Positions 1-20,798 of a stretch of DNA of 64,000 bases are shown in pieces. Positions within the stretch are counted from its first letter, which is position 1. Every line of letters starts with the position of its first letter. Source of the DNA: Macrostomum lignano (lineage: Eukaryota); contig NIVC01000530.1 in the NCBI GenBank assembly GCA_002269645.1, forward strand, positions 1-64,000. Direction: 5' to 3'. The notes under the pieces are model-generated. The model ran no database searches. It worked only from the letters and a program-made list of their open reading frames with translations, and was not told the DNA's origin. Both the position numbers and the translations under genes were made by a program.

Positions 1-3000
1 CCAGAGCCTCAAACAGACAGAGAAATCTGTTCGAGTGTGTCTGTGAAATTAGGTGGACCACCCTCTGAGAGCAAAAAGCCAAACGACTGAGAGAGTTGCT
101 TCAGTTGTGTTTGTAGGTTATGTGGACCACCTAAGAGCCAGGCCTCAAACAGACAGAGAAATTGTTCGAGTTGTGTCTGTAGTTAGTGGATCAGCTACTC
201 CACAGCACTTCTAGGCGATAATCTGAGCCAGGAGTCTCCGAGAGCCTCTCGTTACATCCAGATGTTCTGCCTTGATGCTGGACTAGCTCACTTTCTAGGA
301 ATCTGTTCTGATTGCATTCTAACAAACTGAAGCATTTTCTGCACTAACTTTCTCGCGGCTCTGAGAGCCAGAGCCCCAAACAGACAGAGAAATCTGTTCG
401 AGTTGTGTCTGTAGGTTAGGTGGACCAGCTACTCCACAGCACTTCTAGGCGATAATCTGAGCAGGAGTCTCCGAGAGCCTCTCGTTACACATCCAGATGT
501 TCTGCTTGATGCTGGACTAGCTCACTTTCTAGAATCTGTTCTGATTGCATTCTAACAAACTGAAGCATTTTCTGCACTAAACTTTCTCGGCGGCTCTGAG
601 AGCCAGAGCCTCAAACAGACAGAAAATCTGTTCGAGTTGTGTCTGTAGGTTAGGTGGACCAGCTACTCCACAGCACTTCTAGGCGATAATCTGAGCAGGA
701 AATCTCCGAGAGCCTCTCGTTACACATCCAGATGTTCTGCCTTGATGCTGGACTAGCTCACTTTCTAGGAATCTGTTCTGATTGCATTCTAACAACTGAG
801 CATTTTCTGCCTAAACTTTCTCGGCGGCTCTGAGAGCCAGAGTAAACAGACAGAGAAATCTGTTCGAGTTGTGTCTGTAGGTTAGGTGGACCAGCTACTC
901 CACAGCACTTCTAGGCGATAATCTGAGCCAGGAGTCTCGAGAGCCTCTCGTTACACATCCAGATGTTCTGCCTTGATGCTGGACTAGCTCACTTTCTAGG
1001 AATCTGTTCTGATTGCATTCTAACAAACTGAAGCATTTTCTGCACTAAACTTTCTCGGCGGCTCTGAGAGCCAGAGCCTCAAACAGACAGAGAAATCTGT
1101 TCGAGTTGTGTCTGTAGGTTAGGTGGACCAGCTACTCCACAGCACTTCTAGGCGATAATCTGAGCCAGGAATCTCCGAGAGCCTCTCGTTACACATCCAG
1201 ATGTTCTGCCTTGATGCTGGACTAGCTCACTTTCTAGGAATCTGTTCTGATTGCATTCTAACAAACTGAAGCATTTTCTGCACTAAACTTTCTCGGCGGC
1301 TCTGAGAGCCAGAGCCTCAAACAGACAGAGAAATCTGTTCGAGTTGTGTCTGTAGGTTAGGTGGACCAGCTACTCCACAGCACTTCTAGGCGATAATCTG
1401 AGCCAGGAGTCTCGAGAGCCTCTCGTTACACATCCAGATGTTCTGCCTTGATGTTGGACTAGCTCACTTTCTAGGAATCTGTTCTGATTGCATTCTAACA
1501 AACTGAAGCATTTTCTGCACTAAACTTTCTCGGCGGCTCTGAGAGCCAGAGCCTCAAACAGACAGAGAAATCTGTTCGAGTTGTGTCTGTAGGTTAGGTG
1601 GACCAGCTACTCCACAGCACTTCTAGGCGATAATCTGAGCCAGGAATCTCCGAGAGCTCTCGTTACACATCCAGATGTTCTGCCTTGATGCTGGACTAGC
1701 TCACTTTCTAGGAATCTGTTCTGATTGCATTCTAACAAACTGAAGCATTTTCTGCACTAAACTTTCTCGGCGGCTCTGAGAGCCAGAGTCTAAACAGACA
1801 GAGAAATCTGTTCGAGTTGTGTCTGTAGGTTAGGTGGACCAGCTACTCCACAGCACTTCTAGGCGATAATCTGAGCCAGGAGTCTCCGAGAGCTCTCGTT
1901 ACACATCCAGATGTTCTGCCTTGATGCTGGACTAGCTCACTTTCTAGGAATCTGTTCTGATTGCATTCTAACAAACTGAAGCATTTTCTGCACTAAACTT
2001 TCTCGGCGGCTCTGAGAGCCAGAGCCTAAACAGACAGAGAAATCTGTTCGAGTTGTGTCTGTAGGTTAGGTGGACCAGCTACTCCACAGCACTTCTAGGC
2101 GATAATCTGAGCCAGGGTCTCCGAGAGCCTCTCGTTACACATCCAGATGTTCTGCCTTGATGCTGGACTAGCTCACTTTCTAGGAATCTGTTCTGATTGC
2201 ATTCTAACAAACTGAAGCATTTTCTGCACTAAACTTTCTCGGCGGCTCTGAGAGCCAGAGCCCAAACAGACAGAGAAATCTGTTCGAGTTGTGTCTGTAG
2301 GTTAGGTGGACCAGCTACTCCACAGCACTTCTAGGCGATAATCTGAGCAGGAATCTCCGAGAGCCTCTCGTTACACATCCAGATGTTCTGCCTTGATGCT
2401 GGACTAGCTCACTTTCTAGGAATCTGTTCTGATTGCATTCTAACAAACTGAAGCATTTTCTGCACTAAACTTTCTCGGCGGCTCTGAGAGCCAGAGCCTC
2501 AAACAGACAGAGAAATCTGTTCGAGTTGTGTCTGTAGGTTAGGTGGATCAGCTACTCCACAGCACTTCTAGGCGATAATCTGAGCCAGGAGTCTCCGAGA
2601 GCCTCTCGTTACACATCCAGATGTTCTGCCTTGATGTGGACTAGCTCACTTTCTAGGAATCTGTTCTGATTGCATTCTAACAAACTGAAGCATTTTCTGC
2701 ACTAAACTTTCTCGGCGGCTCTGAGAGCCAGAGCCTCAAACAGACAGAGAAATCTGTTCGAGTTGTGTCTGTAGGTTAGGTGGACCAGCTACTCCACAGC
2801 ACTTCTAGGCGATAATCTGAGCCAGGAATCTCCGAGAGCCTCTCGTTACACATCCAGATGTTCTGCCTTGATGCTGGACTAGCTCACTTTCTAGGAATCT
2901 GTTCTGATTGCATTCTAACAAACTGAAGCATTTTCTGCACTAAACTTTCTCGGCTCTGAGAGCCAGAGCCTAAACAGACAGAGAAATCTGTTCGAGTTGT

Positions 3001-6000
3001 GTCTGTAGGTTAGGTGGACCAGCTACTCCACAGCACTTCTAGGCGATAATCTGAGCCAGGAGTCTCCGAGAGCCTCTCGTTACACATCCAGATGTTCTGC
3101 CTTGATGCTGACTAGCTCACTTTCTAGGAATCTGTTCTGATTGCATTCTAACAAACTGAAGCATTTTCTGCACTAAACTTTCTCGGCGGCTCTGAGAGCC
3201 AGAGCCCAAACAGACAGAGAAATCTGTTCGAGTTGTGTCTGTAGGTTAGGTGGACCAGCTACTCCACAGAACTTCTAGGCGATAATCTGAGCCAGGAGTC
3301 TCCGAGAGCCTCTCGTTACACATCCAGATGTTCTGCCTTGATGCTGGACTAGCTCACTTTCTAGGAATCTGTTCTGATTGCATTCTAACAAACTGAAGCA
3401 TTTTCTGCACTAAACTTTCTCGGCGGCTCTGAGAGCCAGAGCCTCAAACAGACAGAGAAATCTGTTCGAGTTGTGTCTGTAGGTTAGGTGGACCAGCTAC
3501 TCCACAGCACTTCTAGGCGATAATCTGAGCCAGGAATCTCCGAGAGCCTCTCGTTACACATCCAGATGTTCTGCCTTGATGCTGGACTAGCTCACTTTCT
3601 AGGAATCTGTTCTGATTGCATTCTAACAAACTGAAGCATTTTCTGCACTAAACTTTCTCGGCGGCTCTGAGAGCCAGAGCCTCAAACAGACAGAGAAATC
3701 TGTTCGAGTTGTGTCTGTAGGTTAGGTGGACCAGCTACTCCACAGCACTTCTAGGCGATAATCTGAGCCAGGAATCTCCGAGAGCCTCTCGTTACACATC
3801 CAGATGTTCTGCCTTGATGCTGGACTAGCTCACTTTCTAGGAATCTGTTCTGATTGCATTCTAACAAACTGAAGCATTTTCTGCACTAAACTTTCTCGGC
3901 GGCTCTGAGAGCCAGAGCCCAAACAGACACAGAAATCTGTTCGAGTTGTGTCTGTAGGTTAGGTGGACCAGCTACTCCACAGCACTTCTAGGCGATAATC
4001 TGAGCCAGGAATCTCCGAGAGCCTCTCGTTACACATCCAGATGTTCTGCCTTGATGCTGGACTAGCTCACTTTCTAGGAATCTGTTCTGATTGCATTCTA
4101 ACAAACTGAAGCATTTTCTGCACTAAACTTTCTCGGCGGCTCTGAGAGCCAGAGCCCCAAACAGACAGAGAAATCTGTTCGAGTTGTGTCTGTAGGTTAG
4201 GTGGACCAGCTACTCCACAGCACTTCTAGGCGATAATCTGAGCCAGGAGTCTCGAGAGCCTCTCGTTACACATCCAGATGTTCTGCCTTGATGCTGGACT
4301 AGCTCACTTTCTAGGAATCTGTTCTGATTGCATTCTAACAAACTGAAGCATTTTCTGCACTAAACTTTCTCGGCGGCTCTGAGAGCCAGAGCCTAAACAG
4401 ACAGAGAAATCTGTTCGAGTTGTGTCTGTAGGTTAGGTGGATCAGCTACTTCACAGCACTTCTATGCGATAATCTGAGCCAGGAGTCTCCGAGAGCCTCT
4501 CGTTACACATCCAGATGTTCTGCCTTGATGCTGGACTAGCTCACTTTCTAGGAATCTGTTCTGATTGCATTCTAACAAACTGAAGCATTTTCTGCACTAA
4601 ACTTTCTCGGCGGCTCTGAGAGCCAGAGCCTCAAACAGACAGAGAAATCTGTTCGAGTTGTGTCTGTAGGTTAGGTGGACCAGCTACTCCACAGCACTTC
4701 TAGGCGATAATCTGAGCCAGGAGTCTCGAGAGCCTCTCGTTACACATCCAGATGTTCTGCCTTGATGCTGGACTAGCTCACTTTCTAGGAATCTGTTCTG
4801 ATTGCATTCTAACAAACTGAAGCATTTTCTGCACTAAACTTTCTCGGCGGCTCTGAGAGCCAGAGCCTCAAACAGACAGAGAAATCTGTTCGAGTTGTGT
4901 CTGTAGGTTAGGTGGACCAGCTACTCCACAGCACTTCTAGGCGATAATCTGAGCCAGGAGTCTCCGAGAGCCTCTCGTTACACATCCAGATGTTCTGCCT
5001 TGATGCTGGACTAGCTCACTTTCTAGGAATCTGTTCTGATTGCATCTAACAAACTGAAGCATTTTCTGCACTAAACTTTCTCGGCGGCTCTGAGAGCCAG
5101 AGCCTCAAACAGACAGAGAAATCTGTTCGAGTTGTGTCTGTAGGTTAGGTGGACCAGCTACTCCACAGCACTTCTAGGCGATAATCTGAGCCAGGAGTCT
5201 CCGAGAGCCTCTCGTTACACATCCAGATGTTCTGCCTTGATGCTGGACTAGCTCACTTTCTAGGAATCTGTTCTGATTGCATTCTAACAAACTGAAGCAT
5301 TTTCTGCACTAAACTTTCTCGGCGGCTCTGAGAGCCAGAGCCTAAACAGACAGAGAAATCTGTTCGAGTTGTGTCTGTAGGTTAGGTGGACCAGCTACTC
5401 CACAGCACTTCTAGGCGATAATCTGAGCCAGGAATCTCCGAGAGCCTCTCGTTACACATCCAGATGTTCTGCCTTGATGCTGGACTAGCTCACTTTCTAG
5501 GAATCTGTTCTGATTGCATTCTAACAAACTGAAGCATTTTCTGCACTAAACTTTCTCGGCGGCTCTGAGAGCCAGAGCCCAAACAGACAGAGAAATCTGT
5601 TCGAGTTGTGTCTGTAGGTTAGGTGGACCAGCTACTCCACAGCACTTCTAGGCGATAATCTGAGCCAGGAATCTCCGAGAGCCTCTCGTTACACATCCAG
5701 ATGTTCTGCCTTGATGCTGGACTAGCTCACTTTCTAGGAATCTGTTCTGATTGCATTCTAACAAACTGAAGCATTTTCTGCACTAAACTTTCTCGGCGGC
5801 TCTGAGAGCCAGAGCCCAAACAGACAGAGAAATCTGTTCGAGTTGTGTCTGTAGGTTAGGTGGACCAGCTACTCCACAGCACTTCTAGGCGATAATCTGA
5901 GCCAGGAGTCTCCGAGAGCCTCTCGTTACACATCCAGATGTTCTGCCTTGATGCTGGACTAGCTCACTTTCTAGAAATCTGTTCTGATTGCATTCTAACA

Positions 6001-7530
6001 AACTGAAGCATTTTCTGCACTAAACTTTCTCGGCGGCTCTGAGAGCCAGAGCCTAAACAGACAGAGAAATCTGTTCGAGTTGTGTCTGTAGGTTAGGTGG
6101 ATCAGCTACTTCACAGCACTTCTATGCGATAATCTGAGCCAGGAGTCTCCGAGAGCCTCTCGTTACACATCCAGATGTTCTGCCTTGATGCTGGACTAGC
6201 TCACTTTCTAGGAATCTGTTCTGATTGCATTCTAACAAACTGAAGCATTTTCTGCACTAAACTTTCTCGGCGGCTCTGAGAGCCAGAGCCCAAACAGACA
6301 GAGAAATCTGTTCGAGTTGTGTCTGTAGGTTAGGTGGACCAGCTACTCCACAGCACTTCTAGGCGATAATCTGAGCCAGGAGTCTCCGAGAGCCTCTCGT
6401 TACACATCCAGATGTTCTGCCTTGATGCTGGACTAGCTCACTTTCTAGGAATCTGTTCTGATTGCATTCTAACAAACTGAAGCATTTTCTGCACTAAACT
6501 TTCTCGGCGGCTCTGAGAGCCAGAGCCCCAAACAGACAGAGAAATCTGTTCGAGTTGTGTCTGTAGGTTAGGTGGACCAGCTACTCCACAGCACTTCTAG
6601 GCGATAATCTGAGCCAGGAGTCTCCGAGAGCCTCTCGTTACACATCCAGATGTTCTGCCTTGATGCTGGACTAGCTCACTTTCTAGGAATCTGTTCTGAT
6701 TGCATTCTAACAAACTGAAGCATTTTCTGCACTAAACTTTCTCGGCGGCTCTGAGAGCCAGAGCCTAAACAGACAGAGAAATCTGTTCGAGTTGTGTCTG
6801 TAGGTTAGGTGGATCAGCTACTTCACAGCACTTCTATGCGATAATCTGAGCCAGGAGTCTCCGAGAGCCTCTCGTTACACATCCAGATGTTCTGCCTTGA
6901 TGTTGGACTAGCTCACTTTCTAGGAATCTGTTCTGATTGCATTCTAACAAACTGAAGCATTTCTGCACTAAACTTTCTCGGCGGCTCTGAGAGCCAGAGT
7001 CTAAACAGACAGAGAAATCTGTTCGAGTTGTGTCTGTAGGTTAGGTGGACCAGCTACTCCACAGCACTTCTAGGCGATAATCTGAGCCAGGAGTCTCCGA
7101 GAGCCTCTCGTTACACATCCAGATGTTCTGCCTTGATGCTGGACTAGCTCACTTTCTAGGAATCTGTTCTGATTGCATTCTAACAAACTGAAGCATTTTC
7201 TGCACTAAACTTTCTCGGCGGCTCTGAGAGCCAGAGTCTAAACAGACAGAGAAATCTGTTCGAGTTGTGTCTGTAGGTTAGGTGGATCAGCTACTCCACA
7301 GCACTTCTAGGCGATAATCTGAGCCAGGAGTCTCCGAGAGCCTCTCGTTACACATCCAGATGTTCTGCCTTGATGTTGGACTAGCTCACTTTCTAGGAAT
7401 CTGTTCTGATTGCATTCTAACAAACTGAAGCATTTTCTGCACTAAACTTTCTCGGCGGCTCTGAGAGCCAGAGCCTAAACAGACAGAGAAATCTGTTCGA
7501 GTTGTGTCTGTAGGTTAGGTGGACCAGCTT
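1..7530. repeat. Satellite array, 238-bp monomer, about 31 copies (runs off the left edge)
   Basis: CCAGAGCCTCAAACAGACAG recurs with a 238-bp period (e.g. 1071 and 1309). Monomers are near-identical; the first ~350 bp are indel-degraded. Confidence 0.98.
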
Positions 7531-7590
7531 CTCTACAGCAATTGAGTTGCAGGCCTTGCAGCTAGCTACTTTGAGATCATCAAACGAAAC

Positions 7591-7740
7591 TCACTTTTTT
7601 GGTCTCGGTGTCGACGGATTTGCGAGCAGACTGATGATTTTCACCAGGCGATGCGGCTTCTTCGATTTCGCAGTAGCTTTTTGCGACGTTGTTTTTTTAG
7701 TTTTTATCGTAGGCTTGGCGTCCTTTTTGCGGGTCATCAT
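7591..7740 (-). CDS. Possible short Lys-rich ORF or first exon (MMTRKKDAKPTIKTKKTTSQKATAKSKKPHRLVKIISLLANPSTPRPKK)
   Basis: ATG at 7740, TATATAAA about 37 nt upstream (7777-7784), and a GTGAGT donor-like site overlapping the stop. No recognisable domain. Confidence 0.25.
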   Translation of the reverse strand: MMTRKKDAKPTIKTKKTTSQKATAKSKKPHRLVKIISLLANPSTPRPKK

Positions 7741-9189
7741 ATCTTGTTTATAGATTACAGTTTTAGGCACAATAAATTTATATATGGATGAAACTTGGAG
7801 TAAGGATTAACATTAGACCTAATAAGTATAAATAAAATCAGTTCTAATTTATACAATTGCAATCCTTTAGAGTTGTTTAGTATGGATTATAAGTACTTTC
7901 TTTTAAACTGTCTGTGTCTGGTCTCACTACGCCATGGTTTACGTGGACCACCCGCTTAGACATTATATATCCCTCTCTCCACTGTCTTACCTTCAGAACG
8001 CTTGCGGGTTTCCTATTGGCTGCGGTCGTCCCATTGTTGGGGTGGATCTATCCTTTTAAGTGTTAACCAGCCAATTATAGAAAGGGAGGTCTGTCTGTCT
8101 GTCTGTTCCAACCCTATACTCCTGCACATGTGTTTACGTGGACCAAACAGACAGTGAGTATTAGGCTGACTGTTAATGCGTTCTTAGTTTTACTGGGACC
8201 GCAATCAAGTCGACCTTTTGCTAGAGAGTCAGAGACCCGATCACTAGCTAAAAGGCCCTTCTTAATTGCGTCCTCTTGATCAAATTTTTTGCATGTACAT
8301 GTATGAATGGTCCTTTTCAATTAGGTAAATTGCATCTTCGACTTTGCACTTGAAAGGCTGCAGCTTAGGATCTTCTTCTTCCAACATTGGAGGAGGATAG
8401 AACAGGATATCCCATAGTGTTTAGGATAGAATTGGCAAGCACTTAATTCATGAAGTTGCTATTTTCTTCTTGTGTAATGGTAGAGCCTCAGAAATTCGCA
8501 TTTGCACAGTGTGGCTATCAAGGACTCCTTGGCTATCAAGGAGCGAATTGGATTTCTTTACGTTGGTGTCTTACTCTGTGAGTCTGTGCTCAGAGTACGA
8601 TACCGGAATTGCTGGAATTGAGCTAATTAAATGGAGTTTAAAGTTTACTGTATCAAATTCATTTCGCATACGAGGTTTCAGAATTTTAAATTAACCTGCG
8701 TACCTACTTGAATGTCAAAGAACTGAACGCATATTGTTTTAAAGCCAGTAGCGGTCATAATATGATGCTAACATAGCCCTTTGTTCGTAAGGTAATGATC
8801 TGTAAAAAAATTCAGTTTTGCATTGAATCTATGCTTAATAACTGCTATACACAAACAGACACAAACAGACACAAACAGACACAAACAGACGATTTTCGAA
8901 AAATTTTCTAAAATTTTTCGGTTTACGTGGACCAGACTCGCTCGGTTTAGGTAGACCAGGCTGGAGGTCCAGCTAAACTGAAATGCAAATAACTTTGGAA
9001 AAAACCATGCTAGAAATTCCAAAATTGCTTAAGCCTTTCTTGACCCGCCTGACATTAATGTGAGATCCTCATCAACGTCTTAACCCCACCAGAGACAAAA
9101 TTATTTGGTGGTCCACTTAAGTGGTCTACCTACACCGGGTGGTCCAGCTAACGAGGCTACTGAACTTCCAAAAAGTCCACGTAAACACA

Positions 9190-11255
<2,066 letters not shown>

Positions 11256-11501
11256 AAGTAGTATCTGTTTCAAAATAGCTGTATTTATCTCCACAAAAAT
11301 ACGAGTACATTTATCACGAACGAAACATGACTGAACCAAATGCCTAACCAATGGTGGCATTCACTGGAATTCACGGGGGATCTGTCTCATGGAATCTTTC
11401 TAGATTATAGAGAAAATGATGGTCTAAAATGTGTTGAAATCTCTTTATCTCTTTAAATCTCCAATTAAATTTCTCTTAATTGGAGTTTTATGCAAGTCAA
11501 T

Positions 11502-17665
<6,164 letters not shown>

Positions 17666-18429
17666 CTGAAATTAACGCCATTAATAAAAATGAAGTGTTT
17701 TATTACTTAATGTCTTTTGAAGTGTTTAAAATTGAAGCGTTTAAAAAAACTAAAAGCAAAACACAAGGCAATTGTCAAATATTTTTAAGTTAATAAATGC
17801 TCACTTTTGTGCTTTTTAATGGAGCAGTCTAAGTCAAAAGACTGCGTTGCGATTCCCAGATTTAGAATAATTAGCACTGGCTGGAGTACCTGGCAGAGCT
17901 GCATTTGCCTTCAGTATGCCAGTAGCTGTGGGCAAGGATTAGCGAATTCGATATTTTTCTATTCAGCCAGAATTGTTCACGACAAAGATTTTAAACATGC
18001 ATGTGGAACTTTGTAAGTAAATAGTTTTTTTTCATAAATATTAACCCCGAAGTTTGAAAAATTCTGTACTTCGTTGCGCGCTATAGATTTACCATTTCCA
18101 GTCTTCGCCGTCGAACAGTTAAATTTATGAACTGCACTAGTCAACAGGTACGTTTGGTTTGCTTATTAAAAACCTCTTTACCTGCTTCATCATTTACATG
18201 TAGCTTCTGTAAGTTATTTCGAAATTTGCAGCATTATTTTTATTATATTTAATTGCTAATTTTGATGCGACCTTCTTTTTTAACGAAATGCCTGCAAGAA
18301 GTTTGCAGTTATTTTTGGCTCACGAGATGTTCGATCAGAGGCGTCGCAAGCGGGGGAAAGCTGTGGGGGACATGCAAATCCCCCCCTCCACCCCACCTTG
18401 TGACCCGATATGGAAAGCAATAAGTTTGC

Positions 18430-18850
18430 TTTAGGGTGCCAAAATATAGCGCCTGCGGCGCCAAAATGAGTTCCAGCGGCGCCAAGATGAGTGTCCGTCT
18501 GCGGCGCCTAAATGAGTGTCCGTCTGGAGCGCCTAAATGAGTGTCTGTCTGGGGCGCCTAAATGAGTGCCAGCGGCGCCAAAATGAGTGTCCGTCTGGGG
18601 CGCCTAAATGAGTGTCTGTCTGGGGCGCCTAAATGAGAGCCAGCCGCGCCAAAATGCGTGTCTGTCTGGAGCGCCTAAATGAGAGCCAGCCGCGCCAAAA
18701 TGCGTGTCTGTCTGGGGCGCCTAAATGAGTGTCTGTCTGGGGCGCCTAAATGAGTCCCAGCGGCGCCAAGATGAGTGTCCGTTTGCGGCGCCAAAATGAG
18801 TGCCAGCGGCGCCAAAATGAGTGTCTGTCTAAGGCGCCAAAATAAGTGTC
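18430..18850. repeat. 25-bp minisatellite, left part (target of the LTR insertion)
   Basis: AAAATGAGTGTCCGTCTGCGGCGCC-type units, continuing at 35607. Confidence 0.95.
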
Positions 18851-20029
18851 TGTGATAAATAGGCAATTAGAGAATAGCATGCACGGTGAGCAATTATTTA
18901 GGCCCTAGACAAACCTACTTGGAGCGTTCGGAGATTTTAAAGCTATTAATCCTAATCGCCTATCGCCGGTCGGCGAGTTCTACCAGTCTTCTCCAATAGC
19001 CGCAGATACAGTACAAGAAAATAAAGAACACGAGGAAACACAAACCGAAAGATTTAGAGAGTGATAATCCTATTTCAAGAATAACTAACTTGATTGACGG
19101 TTTAATTTGATTAGCTGAGTTACAAGATTCAAGCAAACGGCGCAGATAACTAGAGTTGACAAAACGACAACAACGGTTAATAAATAATGATTATATACGC
19201 ACTGACAAGCGGATCTCAGCTGAAGAAGAAGAAGGCACCGAACACAGGACCACGGAGAAGACTCCTACCCCTGGCCTAAACCAGAACCTACTCTCAAACG
19301 AGAGCCCTGCCGAACCGACCGTTCAACGGAGTACCGACTAAGTTCTATCGGCACTGCCCTTCAGTGTAACACTGGGGCCCTCGGGGTCGAGGCCGCGTAC
19401 TTGATCAGATCCGACAGTCTCTATCTAACCGCGCTTGATAGCGACGACTTCAGACAGGAATTTGCCGTAGACGTTACGCCACAAGACTACTGCGGTTGGG
19501 CGGGAACAAAGATATGGACCGGGGGTGATGAAATCAAAACGCCTCAAAGCGCGAACCAACAAGGGGAGGAAAAGTCGGGCCACCGGCCGGGAACTGGACA
19601 AGACAAAACCGGGGAAAGGGAGCAATCGAGATCCGATTGCCAAAACACACTTTCATATATAGTCAGAGTCAAACCCTCACAAAACCCCCTCAAGCCGGGT
19701 GGTGGTCGTCTGGCCGGCCGCCTGCTTAAGCCGATTTGCACTGTGCCCGCGGCGCCGGGTAGAACTGAAACTTGCCGCGTGCCAGGGTCCAGGCCGGTTC
19801 TGATTGGCTGGCCGCGCAAAGCTGGGGTTCGCAGACAAAACTCAACCCTCCGCTGAGTCACAGATGGCGTCTGATTTCTAACCTGTTTACGCAAAATTGA
19901 TTCTAACTAACAAGAAAAAGTACACAAAAAACGCATGACTAAACTAAAGCAAAATAACAATTCAATAACAATATAGAAACTAATGCAGTCAATTTACAAC
20001 AAAATAAACGCAAAGATGCTCACACTACA
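18851..20029 (-). repeat. 3' LTR
   Basis: TGTGAT...ACTACA, matching 34428-35606. By eye only two 1-bp homopolymer indels were seen. Confidence 0.97.
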
Positions 20030-20045
20030 CTCCCCCCTCCTAAAA
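20030..20045 (-). other. Polypurine tract abutting the 3' LTR
   Basis: Minus strand TTTTAGGAGGGGGGAG lies directly before the LTR. Confidence 0.9.
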
Positions 20046-20798
20046 GAAATAGAGTACAAAAGAAGAAAAAACTTTTACAACAAATGAAAATTTGCGTCAT
20101 ATTCACGACATACTACTCCTAGTAAGCAAGTTGGTACAGTACAGCACGGAACGCATTCGCGGAAAGCAAAATTCAAAATTCAAGAACAAGAGCACTATAA
20201 CAAGGGTATAACTATAGCAACTGGGAAAAAAACGCAAATGGGAACACAACGTAATTCACTATGCGAAACATGACACGACAATGAAACGCAAACAAGAACA
20301 CAAATACAATTCTATGACACGGCAAAACGCAATCAAATACATAAGCAAAGTTACTATTCAATACGCGGCACGACAAAACACAAGCAAATCAATAAATAAA
20401 TCGAAACAAATCGCGACGGAACGCAACGTTTACGCAAACTATGGCACGACTTTCTACAATCGAAAACTTAAAGCAAAACGCATGCTACCCATCACCAAGA
20501 ACAAATAACGCGTTGACGCATTTTACAAAATTTTACGGAAGTCAATTAAATTACACATTTTCGACATGCAATTTTAACTTTAGCCGGCAAAATTTTTATT
20601 ACTCGCTGATTTAATTACCTGCACCTCCCCCCTCCTAAAAAGGTAGGGTGGGCGCTCCGACCCTCACTGTCTCCACAGCGGAATTCTTATCGCAATATAC
20701 CACGACGCTTATCTCTATCGGGTGCCTCGACGATAATAAAGTTCCACCCACGCTCCCGTGGCGGACTAACACTCAGCGCGCGAAAACTATCGCCCATT

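Noticed and set aside
8200-8680. Degenerate minus-strand frame (WDILFYPPP...FKCK...HSYMYMQ), vaguely YqaJ-like
   Set aside because: Multiple stops and too few motif residues to support a call.
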